From NCBI GenBank assembly GCA_043228905.1, contig JBHGNT010000017.1, positions 18,724,001-18,788,000 of the forward strand: 64,000 nt of DNA. The letters run 5' to 3'. Under the pieces are notes generated by a model. That model was not told where the DNA came from and searched no databases. It was given only the letters and a program-made list of their open reading frames with translations. Shown piece after piece: positions 1-12,664 of the stretch; within the stretch, counting starts at the first letter, position 1; the number at the start of each line of letters is the position of its first letter. The position numbers and the translations under genes are program-made. This DNA is from Azolla caroliniana. Taxonomy: Eukaryota > Plantae > Polypodiophyta.

Positions 1-370
1 AAGGAAGGGAGGGGTCACTTATGAAGGGTTGCCTATTTTGCGTATGAAAGGTATACCACTTACTGTAGAGTTCTTACCGTTTTAGGGTCAGGGTTTCGTT
101 TAGGGTTTCCTTGTTCATCCCCGGTTAGGGTTTTCTCATAGTTTTGGTGCGGTCCATGCGGCCACCATTGGTGTAATCATTCGTTCGTTTTAATATATCT
201 TGTTGTGGATCTTGCTTCCATCTATTTTGGTCTATGCTTATGTGCTACTCTTCATCTTCTCATCTAGTGTTATGCTTCCATTTCTCGTCTCATTCTTCTT
301 CCTCTACTCCCTAGTTCGAGACCCCCGTGGTCCCGCCCCTTTCTACATGCACGCGCGTGACAACGCGGCA
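1..370 (+). repeat. Element A 5' LTR (partial)
   Basis: Near-identical to about 18627-18996; ends ...ACGCGGCA just before the PBS. Confidence 0.9.
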
Positions 371-374
371 TCTT

Positions 375-392
375 TGGTGAATCCGACGTGAA
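375..392 (+). promoter_or_regulatory. Primer-binding site, tRNA-Trp type (element A)
   Basis: TGGTGAATCCGACGTGAA, one mismatch to TGGTGAACCCGACGTGAA, the complement of the plant tRNA-Trp 3' end as I recall it. Confidence 0.8.
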
Positions 393-407
393 GGGCGGCA
401 AGGGAGC

Positions 408-1272
408 ATGGAGATGGAAGAAGACTTCGACTTCGAGGAGATGATGGCAAAGATCGTGATGGAAGCCAGACGGAAGATGGCGAAGCGAGATGTGGCTCAA
501 CAAGCCATTGAAAGGCTGGTCGATCGAGTCGGCCGGTTCCAAAAATGAGGTCCCAAAAATTTTGGGAGTCTACAAGGCCGAGATGGCGAAAGGGGGCGTG
601 GACAAGGCGATGCGGCTAGAGTATTTTCCTCGAGTGGCGGCCGTATCGGTGCACAAGGAGGTTAAGGAGCTACGAGAAGCTCATGAGTCGTGGGTGTCCT
701 TTGAGAAAGCCCTACTGGAGGCGTACGGGTACACGGAACCGGAAGGGAGAGGTTGACATGAGTTTGATCGGTGGGTGGCGTCGGCGAGGCGTCATCGGGG
801 CGCGATGGAGGCATTCTGAGAGTTCGAGCGTCGTTTCTCTCAACTCTCGGAGCGAGATCGGAGATCAGTGGGGGCGGACAAAGTCCTTTTTTTTTTTAAG
901 ACGATCCATCAAGAGGAGAGGACGAACATCTTATTCGAGCTTCAAGATGATTATGGAGCACATGGTCTCACCGAGGAGTGGTCCAAGGTGGAATGGGTGT
1001 GCCGGCAACATGATGCGAGGCGGTCGGCCACAACACGGCCCGTGAGTGGCAGAGAAGAGAGAGCGGCGAGTGAATACGTACTACCGCCGGAAGAGAGCTC
1101 AACGCAAAATGGTTTGGAGGAGCTCGACCTAGAAGCGCTAATACGGGAGGCATGCGAGCTTGTGAAGGCGAAAATCGAAGCCGAAGAAGGGCTTATTATG
1201 GAGTCGGGCCGGAGGCGATCGGAGGATGCGGAGGAAGAAGCCTCCCTAAACGTAGAAGATGGGGCCTATACG
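408..1272 (+). pseudogene. Element A gag/capsid-like ORF, N-terminal part (frameshift near 545, two CGA>TGA stops)
   Basis: Aligns with gag of H (36078) and F (26286): VGRF...Y..EM...RLEYFPRV, EFERRF, NGLTEDW-like motif. Confidence 0.75.
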
Positions 1273-1906
1273 TGTTAGAAATTGACGCTTTCCAAACCTT
1301 CCCCTCTCGGCCACAACCGAGGAAACACGAATCAATGCAGCAGTAAATCGAAAACACAGAGAGAGACTCGAATGCACAGGGTTTAGCGTGGAAAACCCTA
1401 GACGGGAAAAACCACAGGAGTGCAAGACTCCAACTATCACTATACGCAGGGAATGTACAATGGCGAGCTGCAAGGCGACGACCTTGAGCTCGCTGTCCTC
1501 GCCACAGGCGGCGGTATTACACAGAGGCGTCGACCTCTTCCTTTCTCTCTCTCTCACTCTCTCTCTCGGCTGCTCTCACTACGCTCCCTCTAAGTGGAAA
1601 ACAGAAAAATGAGCAACAACTACAAAACTGTTTGCCCTAAGTCATATTTATACACATATGACTTTCGGGCTATTTACAAATATAGCCTCGAGGGCCCTTG
1701 GCAAACATATTCACAAATATTTCCCCGCATCCGGATCTCTCTCCGGGTACATTCGTCATCCGGCTCCGTAGCCGGGGTCTTCATCATCCGGATCCGAAAC
1801 CGGGTCTTCATCATCCGGTTCCGATACTGGGTACTCCTCATTCGGGTCTTCATTCCCGATTCCCGGACATCTGACCATCCCATCCGGAGGGACCGTAATC
1901 CCAACA
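1273..1906 (-). repeat. Element B 3' LTR (634 bp, with one extra 27-bp tandem unit)
   Basis: Matches 15861-16467 except for a duplicated CGGGTCTTCATCATCCGG.. unit and a few substitutions. Confidence 0.95.
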
Positions 1907-1916
1907 AACTCCCCCT

Positions 1917-3211
1917 TCACTTCGGCATGGGATGTCTTTCCAGTCCGACCCTCTTCCGGCACGCTTCCAGCTTGTCGGGTGTGAGCACTTTGGTCAGCAT
2001 ATCTGACCCGTTCTCGTCCGTGTGGATCTTCGTCAGCACGAACTCCTGGTCTTCTATCCTTTCCCGGATCCAGTGATATCTTCGCTGGATGTGCTTCGTC
2101 CGGGAGTGATAGGCCGCGTTCTTCGCAAGGTGGATGGCACTCTGACTGTCGCAGTAGAGTCGGTACTCCTCCTGCTGGATACCGAGCTCTCTAATGAAGT
2201 CCTTCATCCATATTATTTCCTTGCCGGCTTCAACAGCCGCAAGTACTCCGCCTCCGTGGTTGACAACGCAACCGTCTTCTGTAGCCTCGACTGCCACGAA
2301 ACAGCCCCCCCTGCATACGTCATCACATACCCTGATGTGGACCGGCTGGTATCTGCATCAGCCGACATATCCGAATCGGTAAAGCCGTCGAGTTCGGGCT
2401 TACCGGAGCCGAATCGGAGGCACACGTTTGCCGTGCCCTTCAAGTATCGGAGTATCCACTTGGCCGCGTTCTAGTGCTCTTTGCCGGGATTGCTCATGTA
2501 CCGGCTCACCACTCCGACTGCATATCCTATGTCCGGTCTTGTACACACCATTGCGTACATCAAGCTTCCGACGGCAGAGGCATATGGTACTTTCATCATG
2601 TCCTCCTTCTCAGCCTTTGTCTTGGGGCTTTGCTTGCTGGACAACTTGCAGTTTGCCGGGAGGGTTGACCCGACCGGTCTTGCTTCCGACATGTTGAACC
2701 GGTGAAGCAGCTTTGTCACGTACTTCTCCTGTGACAGCCACAACTGCTTCTTCTTCCGGTCCCGGATGATGTGCATCCCTAGTATTTGCCTCGCCGGACC
2801 CAGATCCTTCATTGAGAAGGTTCGGTGAAGCGCTTTCTTCAGCATCCGTATCTTGACCTGGTCCCGTCCGACGATCAACATGTCATCCACGTACAGGAGG
2901 AGTATTAGAAAGTCTCCTCCTCCGAACTTCTTCACAAACACGCAATGATCGGACTGCGTTTTGTAGTACCCTTCGTCGGTCATGAAAGAGTCGAACTTCC
3001 GGTACCATTGCCGGGGAGCCTGCTTCAGTCCGTAAAGACTCTTCTTCAACCGGCATACCAGGTGCTCCTTCCCTTTCTTCTCGAATCCTTCCGGTTGCTG
3101 CATGTAGATCTCTTCTTCGAGGTCACCGTGAAGGAATGCCGTCTTCACGTCCATCTGTTCTACCTCGAGGTCCATGCTTGCCGCTATGCTCAGCACCGTC
3201 CGGATGGAGGT
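1917..3211 (-). pseudogene. Element B pol: RT C-terminal half and RNase H
   Basis: QMDVKTAFLHG, LYGLKQAPRQW, LYVDDML, TRPDI, STTEAEY, TKHI, DMLTK motifs; one stop and one frameshift. Confidence 0.93.
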
Positions 3212-3632
3212 TGTTACCGGCCGGCAAGGAGTCCAAAATACGGAGTGAAGGAATTATTTAGATATGGTTGTAAATGAGCATAGTGTGGACGGACGGACTG
3301 GAAACGGTATGCCGTTCCAGATCCGGACGGATCCCGAATAGGTGCGATAGGCACCGTTTTGTACTACGGGCCGGAAACCTATTTAAAGGCCCGGACCCCA
3401 TTGTAATCGCAGCGGATAATTAATAGAGCTTATGATGTTTATACTTCTGTCTTGATTTCCGTTCTGTAATCACTGTTATATCTTACGCGTGTAATTAACC
3501 AAAGCAATCTAATCGTGTAACCTACGTAAGTCGGTGTAATCGTTGAATCTTAATCCTATGCCGTAATCACCCCTTTGGTGAAGTGTCTCCGTGACACCTT
3601 GTGTTAGGCCTTGTCCGGCTAAGCGAATAACA
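3212..3632 (+). repeat. Element C 5' LTR
   Basis: TG...CA ends; TATTTAAA near 3380; identical by eye to the 3' LTR except at the terminal dinucleotides. Confidence 0.95.
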
Positions 3633-3638
3633 CAGTTT

Positions 3639-3648
3639 TGGCGACCAC
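3639..3648 (+). promoter_or_regulatory. Primer-binding site of C, probably tRNA-Arg type
   Basis: TGGCGACCAC 6 nt after the LTR; the tRNA assignment is from memory. Confidence 0.6.
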
Positions 3649-3683
3649 GATTCCTGCTTTCTCGCAGCGAACGACGGTAATGG

Positions 3684-6600
3684 ATGACTAGACCAACGCA
3701 CGACTTGGTTACAGACCGAGCTCGACGCCTCGCCGAACGGCAAAGACGGCGTGAGACCTTCCAGCAAGCAGCGCAAGCAATTCGCTCGGATCGTTCGTTC
3801 TCCAACGAGATCCGGAGAGTCGCGGAGGAATCTCTTCGGTTACGGCAAACTCGCGACCAGGACGACGGAAGCAGTCTAAGTAGTCTCCGGGAAACAGAAC
3901 GTCTCCTGGAGGCACTGGCAAGCGGAGAAAACGAGGCAGAAGCCTTTTCAGCCTACGAATCGGATTCCGAAGGGGGATACAGCGTGCACACGAACTACCG
4001 GAGCAGCAACGATACCCCCGGCGGCCCGGAGGACGACAGGTCGGATACCGTGCCGACTCCAGAACCGGAACCGCTCAACCAGGGCTATCCGGAACCGCAA
4101 ACGGAAGCCGTCAACCCACCAACACCGGAAGTGGAAGAAGCAAAACCACCGACACCAACGAAAGAGCCGGAAAAGGTACCGGAAGAAGAGCCGGTGAAGG
4201 AACCGGAAAAAGCACCGGCAAAAGAACCGGAAGTGGAACCGGAGAGAAAACCGGAAAGTTATCAACAAACGCCACTAAACCGCGGCCTAATACTGGACGA
4301 CGACATGCCGTTCCAATACTCAAAGTATCGCGATGATCCGGACGCGGAAGCGCATGTTGATGACTTCGAGCAGACATGGGAAGCAAATCACACGTCCCAG
4401 CGAATGACACCGGAGGAAGAAGAACGCTCGAAGATAGCGGAATTCGGAGTCACGTTGGAGGGACCAGCGACACGATGGCGGCGGTCGCAGGACCCGGCGA
4501 CCATCACAACATTTGCAGAATTAAAAGCAAAATTCTTGCATTTTTTTCACAAGGAGGTCGACCAGACGACAATGGTGGGCCTGTTTTATACGATCCGACA
4601 GGAGGCAGGGGAAAGCATTCCCCAATTCGTCATCCGTTTCCAACGAATGCATAGCCAGCTTGCCCGTGCACCCCCGGAGGAGGAATTACGGACGATATTT
4701 TTAAACGCACTCCGGGAACCGTTACGCACGGTGTGTACGGTGATCGACTTTCGAGGATGCACCATCGATCAGGTCATTGACCGGGTCAGAGAAATGGAAA
4801 AGACAAGCTCATGGCTTACGCTGGGAACACTGCAACGGGCGTTACCCACCGAGGAAGATCTCCGGTTCCGGTAGGCAATTCAATGCACAATCTGCTTGAA
4901 TGCCGGACACTCGGCAGTAGAGTGCACCATGCGCACTCAGTGTGTGATTTGTCAATCCAAGAGTCATACAACGGACCGGTGCGAGTACAACCTGTTAAAC
5001 CGACAAGCACCACCCGTCCGACGGATCGAGCCAAGAAGCAGCCAAGACGAAGATGAAGATCGTTGGCAAAAAATGAACCGGTACCGACCGGCACAGGATG
5101 TCCGGTACGGAGACAGGCAAGATAATGATGGCCGATACGGGAATCGGCGTGATAACTACGACCGGTATGATCGATCGGACCGTTATCGGGAGCCCAACAG
5201 ACGACACGAGCAATACGACAGAGACCATTCCCCTGGTTACCGATGGCACCAGGAGGACTATGGCCGATTTTACGATCCACCACGACCGGACTACCGAAAT
5301 AAAAATAAGAATAATAAGAAACGTAATTTCAAGAAAGGTGGTCACCCTAGGGACCCGGAACATGGAACCCCAAGGAGCCAACCGGCACAAAACGCACCAC
5401 TCGCTACGGGACCGACTCCGGCTACCAGCAATGCTGAATCCAGCAATACCCGTAAAGAGTACTGCTACTACTGCAGGCAAGAAGGCCACTACAGTAACCA
5501 GTGCCCGGTAAAGAGCTATGAAAAACGACCAGCAGTTAATATGGTGGTTCCGGAAGTGACGGATGTACAGCAAGTAACCACACGGTCGAAAGGCATAGCC
5601 AAAGAGTGGGGAACACAAGAGGCCATACGAAAGCAGGCGACGGAATGGGTGAAGGAAGCCAACGAAAGGAACGTCGCGGACGCGGAACGGCAAAAGGCGA
5701 ATACCATAGGGAGTGCCGGCGGTAGCCACCCAGAAAACGAGACATGGCAAGCACTGCAAGAATGTCAGATCATGTTACCATTAGGAAGACTCTTGCAGCT
5801 CGTGCCGCGATTCACAGAAGGACTAAAAACGGTCATGACAGACGGTATAGCCCAACCGGCACCAGTCCTCTTCTCGAATCCGGAGGAGGGACCGACGGTG
5901 GTGGACACTAGTAGTCCGGTGCTCACAGCTATTGTCAAAGGGCACGAACTTCCCGGCACAGTAATCGATGGAGGTTCCGGAGTGAACGTAATAAGCCTTC
6001 GCACGTGTGATGCCTTGGGTATACATGAATGGGAGCCATGTCCGTTCTGGCTACGGATGGCGGATACGAGCTCTGTACGGCCGACGGGCTTAATACGGAA
6101 ATTGGAAGTCACCATAGGAGGCCACACATTTCACATCTCGACTGTCGTGCTGCAGCTACAGGCGCAAGGCGCGTACCCACTATTGCTGGGCAGACCATGG
6201 TTGAAAACAGCACACATCAAGCAAAATTGGCGGAAAAATATGATTACCTTCCGACGCGGAAAAGCCAAGGTCCGGGTACCGACACAACCACGGACGAGCA
6301 ACGGTAAGGAATGCACACCGCTGTATGCGGAATGTGTGAACATGCTTGAAGGATTGGCAGACGACGAAGAAGCCCAGTACTTGGAGGAACACCCGAAGAT
6401 CGTACCACTCTTCGAGATTGACGTAGCTGAAGCCGTAGCGCCATACTTGCCGCAGCGGGATGAAACCGAAGCCGAACCAGCCAAAGATGCGATTCGGGAA
6501 TTACGGCAAGCACAGGAAGCGCTGGAACGGGAAATGGCCGTTTCCCAACGAGTAAAGGCATCCCAGCTCGACGAAGTGAACCTAGGAAGCAAGGACGAAT

Positions 6601-9528
6601 CAAAGCCGGTACACATCGCCAAAGAAATGAAGCCGGAAGATAAAGCGGCGATGATCAAACTTCTCACGGAGTTTCGCGACGTATTCGCCTGGTCATACGA
6701 AGACATGCGAGGGCTGGACCCTCAATTATATCAGCATCAGATCCACTTAGGCAAGGACGCGAAACCAGTGGCGCAACGACGTTACCAAATGAACCCCAAC
6801 TACGCCGCCAAAGTGAAGGAGGAAATCGACAAACTCCTAAGAGTGGGCTTCATCCGGCCGGTAAAGAAAGCGACGTGGCTAAGCCCCATTGTCGTCGTCC
6901 CCAAGAAAAACGGTAAAATCCGTGTGTGTGTAGATTACAGGAAACTAAATGCCGCCACAACTACGGATGCATTCCCTCTTCCGTTCACGGACGGAGTACT
7001 GGATGCCGTCGCCGGTCATGAAGTTTATAGCTTTCTAGACGGGTTCAGCGGGTATAATCAAATCCGGATGCACCCGGACGACCAGGAGAAGACAACGTTC
7101 GTTACCGAATGGGGGGTGTTTGTGGCCGAAGTCATGATGTTCGGCCTAAAAACGGCACCAGCAACGTTCCAGCGAATCATCATGGAGATCTTCGGCGAAT
7201 ACATTCCTGCCTTCATGCAAGTTTTCCTGGATGATTTTGCAGTCTATAGCCGGGGAAAAGACCATTTGCAGCACCTACGGTTATGCCTTGAAAAGTGTAG
7301 GTTATACCGGCTAAGCTTAAACCCAGCAAAATGCATCTTTGGGGTTTCAAGTGGAATATTGCTGGGACACATTGTAAGTAAGGAGGGCATTGCGGTCGAC
7401 CCGGACAAAGTAAACGCCGAAAACGACCAAAGCACTAAGCCGATTCTTAGGACAGATCCGGTGGCACAGCCGGATGCTCCGTCACTTGGCTGACTTGGCT
7501 ACACCATTACACACCGCGGTACATCGGACACCGTTCCAATGGACGGATACGGAGGATAAGGCATACAATGCCCTGAAGGTACTCTTATCGCAGGCACCCG
7601 TCGTGCAGCCTCCGGATTGGAGCAAGGAATTTCATGTGTTCGTGGACGCTTCTGACATCGCTATTGGCAGCGCTTTAATGCAACTTACGGAGCCTAAATG
7701 GTACCGGCCGGTATATTACGCCAGCCGGAAGCTGTCACAAGCGGAGAAGAACTATTCCACGACGGAACGGGAGGCCCTGGGCATGATCTACAGTGTAACA
7801 AAGTTTCGTCATTACCTATTGGGAAGGAAGTTCTCCTTCCATGTGGATCACTCGGCGCTCCTGTACTTAGTGTCCAAGGCGTCCCTGACCGGTAAGTTGG
7901 CCCGTTGGACCTTGCTGTTGCAGGAGTTCGTATTCTAGATTTTCCACCGGCCCGGTATCCAGCATGCCGTAGCAGACTATCTAAGCCGATTAGAGTCCGG
8001 AGAACTAGGCGACGGAGTAGCGGATGAATTCCCGGACGCAGAGTTATTCCGTATCACCCCCGAAACGGCAGCGGACGGCACGGTGGCATCAGAAGATAGG
8101 TGGTTGACAAACATGCACCAGTTTCTAAGCACGGGCCTGCCACCGGAGGAAATGAACCGGGACGAGAGGAAACGACTGGCGGTGCAGAGCCGCAATTTCT
8201 GTCTATTACGGGACACTCTCTACCACAAGGGAGCAGATGGAATATGGAGACGGGCAGTCCGTAGTGACGAGAAAGAAGTAATCTTACGGGAAGCACACTG
8301 TGGGGTTGCCGGAGGACACTATGCCGGGGAAGCGACGGCAAGGAAAGTATGGCAGAGCGGCTTGTGGTGGCCCACGACGTTAAAAGACGCTGTCAAGTAT
8401 GCTAAGGAATGTGACCTATGCCAACGAATGGGCCAGCCTACGGAGCAAGCACGGATGCCACACCAACCGGTACTTCCACTAGAGCCATTCCAGAAGTGGG
8501 GGTTGGATTTTGTCGGACCGTTCAAGCCACCGGCAATGAGAACGGGTAATCGTTATGTCATCGTGGCAACGGATTATTGCACTAAATGGGTGGAAGCTAA
8601 GGTCCTGAGAGACAACACCGCGTCATCCACAACAAAATTCCTGTACGAAAACATTTGGTGCCGATATGGATGTCCGATTGAATTAATCAGCGACCAAGGA
8701 GGCCACTTCCTCGGCCAGGTAGTGGAAAGCTTAACAACGTTCTATGCCGTGGTCCATAAACGAAGCACACCGTACTACCCACAGGCGAACGGGTTAGCAG
8801 AGTCCACCAACAAAACGCTGCAGAACATTCTCCGCAAAATCGTCAATGAAAACCGGACGGACTGGGATACAAAGCTCCATAGCGCGCTATGGGCGTACCG
8901 AACGGCATACAAAACAAGTATCCGGACAACGCCGTTCCGGTTAGCATTCGGCTTAGAAGCGGTCATGCCAGTCGAGTTTCAGGTACCAAGCTTACGGATC
9001 CAACTACGGGAACGGCTGAATGAAAAGAAGTCGGAGGAAATGCGGCTAGCAGCACTATGCGAATGGGAGGAGCAACGGCTGGCCAGCATCCTACACATGG
9101 AACTGGAGCAGCAACGATGGAAAGCGTTCGTTGACCGTCACCGGAAAGGTAATGAGAAGATGTTCGAAATTGGAAAGCCGGTGCTAGTATTCCAAACGAG
9201 GATGGGCAAGATGCCGGGTAAACTCCGATTCAGATGGACAGGCCCGTATTGGCTGACAAGGGAATACAACGGGTCCTATCAGATAGGGACACTTGCCGGT
9301 GAAGTACTAGGCAAGTGGGTGAACGGATTTCGACTAAAGCCCTATAAAGGACCGATGCCAAAGAACCCGTTTATGCAGCAAACCGGCACTATACCGGGAA
9401 CCTGTCCGGGATCGGTACGGATCGATCCGGAAGAAAAAGACGACGGGGAACCCGTAGCAGAGACGAAGGAAGACACGGCAACCCGTAAGGAAAACGGTAA
9501 GGGTCTGAAGGGACCTACGGATGTGTAA
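3684..9528 (+). pseudogene. Element C gag-pol polyprotein (originally one ORF; stops at 4872 and 7936, small frameshifting deletion near 7415)
   Basis: Gag with CCHC knuckles (CYYCRQEGHYSNQC), protease IDGGSGVN, RT LDGFSGYNQ/FLDD, RNase H VDASD..EREALG, integrase HHCC plus GLDFVGP/SDQG/NGLAE. Confidence 0.93.
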
Positions 9529-9553
9529 GGTCACACACCGTCATTAAAAATTG

Positions 9554-9586
<33 letters not shown>
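9554..9586 (+). repeat. Poly(A)33 tract between pol and the extra ORF
   Basis: Seen directly; flanked by CATTAAAAAT at 9542-9551 and 9587-9596. Confidence 0.9.
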
Positions 9587-9587
<1 letters not shown>

Positions 9588-9912
9588 ATTAAAAATCGAG
9601 GTATGAACGGGTGTGAAAGCAAGGAGCGAAAAGGTACGTAGTGGGCATTTAAGAGACGCCACGCTACTTAATACTAAATTGGTACACGACGTGTGCATGC
9701 TCGAAAAAGGCGCCAAAACGCACAAAGAAGAAGCAGAACACATGGAGACCTTTTCATTTCGCGAGCCAAGAAGCACAGAAGCACCAAGACAGTGGAAGCT
9801 GAGCAAACGCGAACCTGCACGCAGAGAACCCCCACGTTCAGAACGCTCTCTCTCTCGTCCTCACTCTCATCACCACTCTACCTCGCCATCTTCCCTCGAC
9901 CTCGAAGCAGAC

Positions 9913-12612
9913 ATGGAACCACAAACGCTGTCGGAAGCGGCCAGGAAATGGTTCAGGCAACACGGACTGGAGGGGTTCTTGGCCATCATGGAAGCACCAC
10001 CGCACAGAGAAGCCGACCAGGTCATCAAGGAGCTCGACAAGGAAGTCATCACCGAGGAAGCGATCCGTGCGCTAACAGGCCTTCCGGAGGGAGGAATTTT
10101 TCAGATTGATAATCCAACCTCGGAGCAACTCACCCGATATTTCGGTGAGTACTCTGTTGCCGGCAAAGGCTATCGAACGCAGGGCGGCAAAGATCCGCTG
10201 TTCAGGGAGATAGCTCGAGTGCTCCATGAGTACGGCCACGTGTACCCCCGACCCCCTGTCATGCCAAAAAATCGGGCAGGGATGATCATAGCCACCTATG
10301 AAGGGACCAAGGTGGATTGGCCGGTGTTGATTGCAGACGGTTTGTGCGTGGCAATCGACATGGTACGAGGAAAGGACGGCAAGGAGGGCCGGAAGCTGTG
10401 GCATGCCGTCGCTCAGTGGATAACATTGCTCGTGCCGCCGGTCGAGACCGTTCAGCCAAAGAAGCGGCCAAGAGTATCGGAAGGAAGCACCTCGAAGCCG
10501 GCGTCCAAACGACAGCAGCTGCTGGCGTCGAAGGCGACGAAAGGGAAGAAACGGGTCCCAGAACCGGAGGAGGTGTCACCGGTCCGACCCGTCAAGATAA
10601 CCATACGGAGATCGGGACAGAAGGAACCAGAACCCTTGACGGCACAGAAACATGCCGTGACACAGGAAGAGGAAACGGAGGAGCCAGAAGAGCACCTCCA
10701 ACGACGGTCAAGAAGTAGGACCGCCGAGACAGGAGGGGAGCGGTCGTACCCGCGAGAGGCAGAAACGCCCCCAACTCAACCTGAGCAAACCACAAGGGAG
10801 GAACCGGAACCGGTGCGTAGGGAACCGGTCGTGTCGACTTCTGTAGAAGAAGTCAGTCCAACGGCTCCGGAGACGGCGAGAACCGGAACTCAACAGCCGG
10901 CGAGCCCAGCCAGCACACACGGCGGCCAAGGAGTAGAACCAGAACGGCATATGCAGGCACTTAGGCCAGACAATTCCACAGGGAATGAGCCGACCCGACC
11001 AGTACAGCAACAAGGCACCAGTAGCATGTGGCTACGGTGGGTAGGCGAGCAAATCGCCGGAGCGGTCGAGTATATAGAGGCGGAAGAGAGAGCGCACCAG
11101 GAATGGTTGCTCGTCACAACCGTAGATCTAGAGACGGCCCGGTCCAGAATCCGGAGCCTTGAACAAGACTTGGACAGGGTCACAAGGGAAATGGCTCAAT
11201 TCGCTTTGACAACACAAGTCCAAGCACCGGTGACTCCGGGCAATGTACAAAATAAAGTGTCAAATCAACCTGTACATAGCAATCAGACCCCGGCAACGGA
11301 AACCGTTCCGGAAAGAAATGCGGCACAAGCCCAAGAGCTTGCGGACTTAAAGGATGAGCTAGCTGCCCAAGAAGCGCTGAGGAGCCGCGAAAGAGAATTG
11401 AAGACGGCAGCGGAGGCAGAACTCAAAAAGACTGCTGAGAATCTACACCGGGCCGAGGAGAGCTTACGGAAAGGCCACCAAGCGTACGACCGGCTCAAGG
11501 AGGAGAAGGAGAAAATGCTGCAAGAGAAGGAGAGGCTCCGGAGGAACGCCGAAACAGAAGTAGAGCGCCTGAAAGAGGAACTCCGGCAGGTAAAGGACCG
11601 GGAGGACCGGAACCATCGCCAGATCAACGGCAAGCTCAAACAAAAAACGGAGGAATTTGAGCAGTTGCACCGGGAGTATAAACGGTTGCAAACGGAGCAC
11701 AAGGAACGGACGGATGAGCTCCGGCAAGCAGTTGATCGGACCGCAACCGCATTCGCCAAGGAACAAGCGGAAAACAGAAGACGGTTGGAAGAGGCGGAGA
11801 AGGTTCGGACAGAGCTCCTCAGGCAACAACAGGCGGAAAAAGAAAGAGCGGCGGAGGTACTGCAGAGGCTGCAAACGACATATCAAGGGCAGCTGACGCG
11901 CTACAGAGAGCAGGCAGAGGATACGGCAAATCTCATCAAGCAGTTGAAGGAGGAGCGACAAGTGGTGGAAAGCAGAGCGCAAATGGGGGCAAGTCGCATC
12001 CAGGATATAATGCGGGCCTGGTTGAACCAGACCAAGAGCTTGATTGACAACGGGTCCGTCAAATGGTGGACCAAGTGGGCCACGAACGCGGCGGAACTCC
12101 AATTGCTCCGGGCCGACGTAGAGAACCGGCGGAAGGAGGGAGATGATTGCTATATGCTGAATTCCGAAGACTTCACCGGCATAAGAGATGAGCTAGCCGA
12201 AGACTTTCAAGCCTTGGCAGAGGACCAACTAGAGCAAGTCCGGCAACTTGTAGCTCAGCTGGACGACGACAGGCTGGAGGCGCAGATCCAATTTGAAAGC
12301 TACGAGAGGTCTCGGATCCGGGGAGAGAAAGAACGAGAACCGGTTACGGTCAACCTCAGTGATGAGGAACCGTTACTGGAAGGAGACCGGACCGGAAGCA
12401 GTCAAACGGAGATGCCGGAGCCAGAGAGACAAACGGAGCAGCCGGAGTCAGCGAAACAAACGGAGCAGGAGCAGCAAGCAGAGCAGCCGGAGCAGCCTCA
12501 GTTCCAACCGCAACCACAGCAGCAGCAGCAAGCACAGCCGCAACAACCACAACCGGAAGAACAAGTGGAAATTCTTGAACAAAGTAATTTGGACAATTTG
12601 GGTGAACAATGA
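9913..12612 (+). CDS. Element C extra ORF (~899 aa from ATG 9913; frame open from 9613): N-terminal globular domain, basic patches, long coiled coil, Q/E/P-rich tail
   Basis: Uninterrupted ORF between integrase and the 3' LTR. Heptad E/K/R/Q/L-rich stretch at about 11000-12310. No obvious transmembrane helix. Confidence 0.8.
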   Translation: MEPQTLSEAARKWFRQHGLEGFLAIMEAPPHREADQVIKELDKEVITEEAIRALTGLPEGGIFQIDNPTSEQLTRYFGEYSVAGKGYRTQGGKDPLFREIARVLHEYGHVYPRPPVMPKNRAGMIIATYEGTKVDWPVLIADGLCVAIDMVRGKDGKEGRKLWHAVAQWITLLVPPVETVQPKKRPRVSEGSTSKPASKRQQLLASKATKGKKRVPEPEEVSPVRPVKITIRRSGQKEPEPLTAQKHAVTQEEETEEPEEHLQRRSRSRTAETGGERSYPREAETPPTQPEQTTREEPEPVRREPVVSTSVEEVSPTAPETARTGTQQPASPASTHGGQGVEPERHMQALRPDNSTGNEPTRPVQQQGTSSMWLRWVGEQIAGAVEYIEAEERAHQEWLLVTTVDLETARSRIRSLEQDLDRVTREMAQFALTTQVQAPVTPGNVQNKVSNQPVHSNQTPATETVPERNAAQAQELADLKDELAAQEALRSRERELKTAAEAELKKTAENLHRAEESLRKGHQAYDRLKEEKEKMLQEKERLRRNAETEVERLKEELRQVKDREDRNHRQINGKLKQKTEEFEQLHREYKRLQTEHKERTDELRQAVDRTATAFAKEQAENRRRLEEAEKVRTELLRQQQAEKERAAEVLQRLQTTYQGQLTRYREQAEDTANLIKQLKEERQVVESRAQMGASRIQDIMRAWLNQTKSLIDNGSVKWWTKWATNAAELQLLRADVENRRKEGDDCYMLNSEDFTGIRDELAEDFQALAEDQLEQVRQLVAQLDDDRLEAQIQFESYERSRIRGEKEREPVTVNLSDEEPLLEGDRTGSSQTEMPEPERQTEQPESAKQTEQEQQAEQPEQPQFQPQPQQQQQAQPQQPQPEEQVEILEQSNLDNLGEQ

Positions 12613-12664
12613 AGGGGCCGAGAAGGGTTCGACGTACAAGGTACTGTCCCACGGGCGTACCATG

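Noticed and set aside
4872-4874. In-frame TAG in element C gag as a programmed read-through site
   Set aside because: Related element D has Gln (..FPQAIQC..) at this position, so CAG>TAG decay is the simpler explanation.
9613-12612. Envelope (env) gene
   Set aside because: No signal peptide or transmembrane segment; composition is hydrophilic coiled coil.
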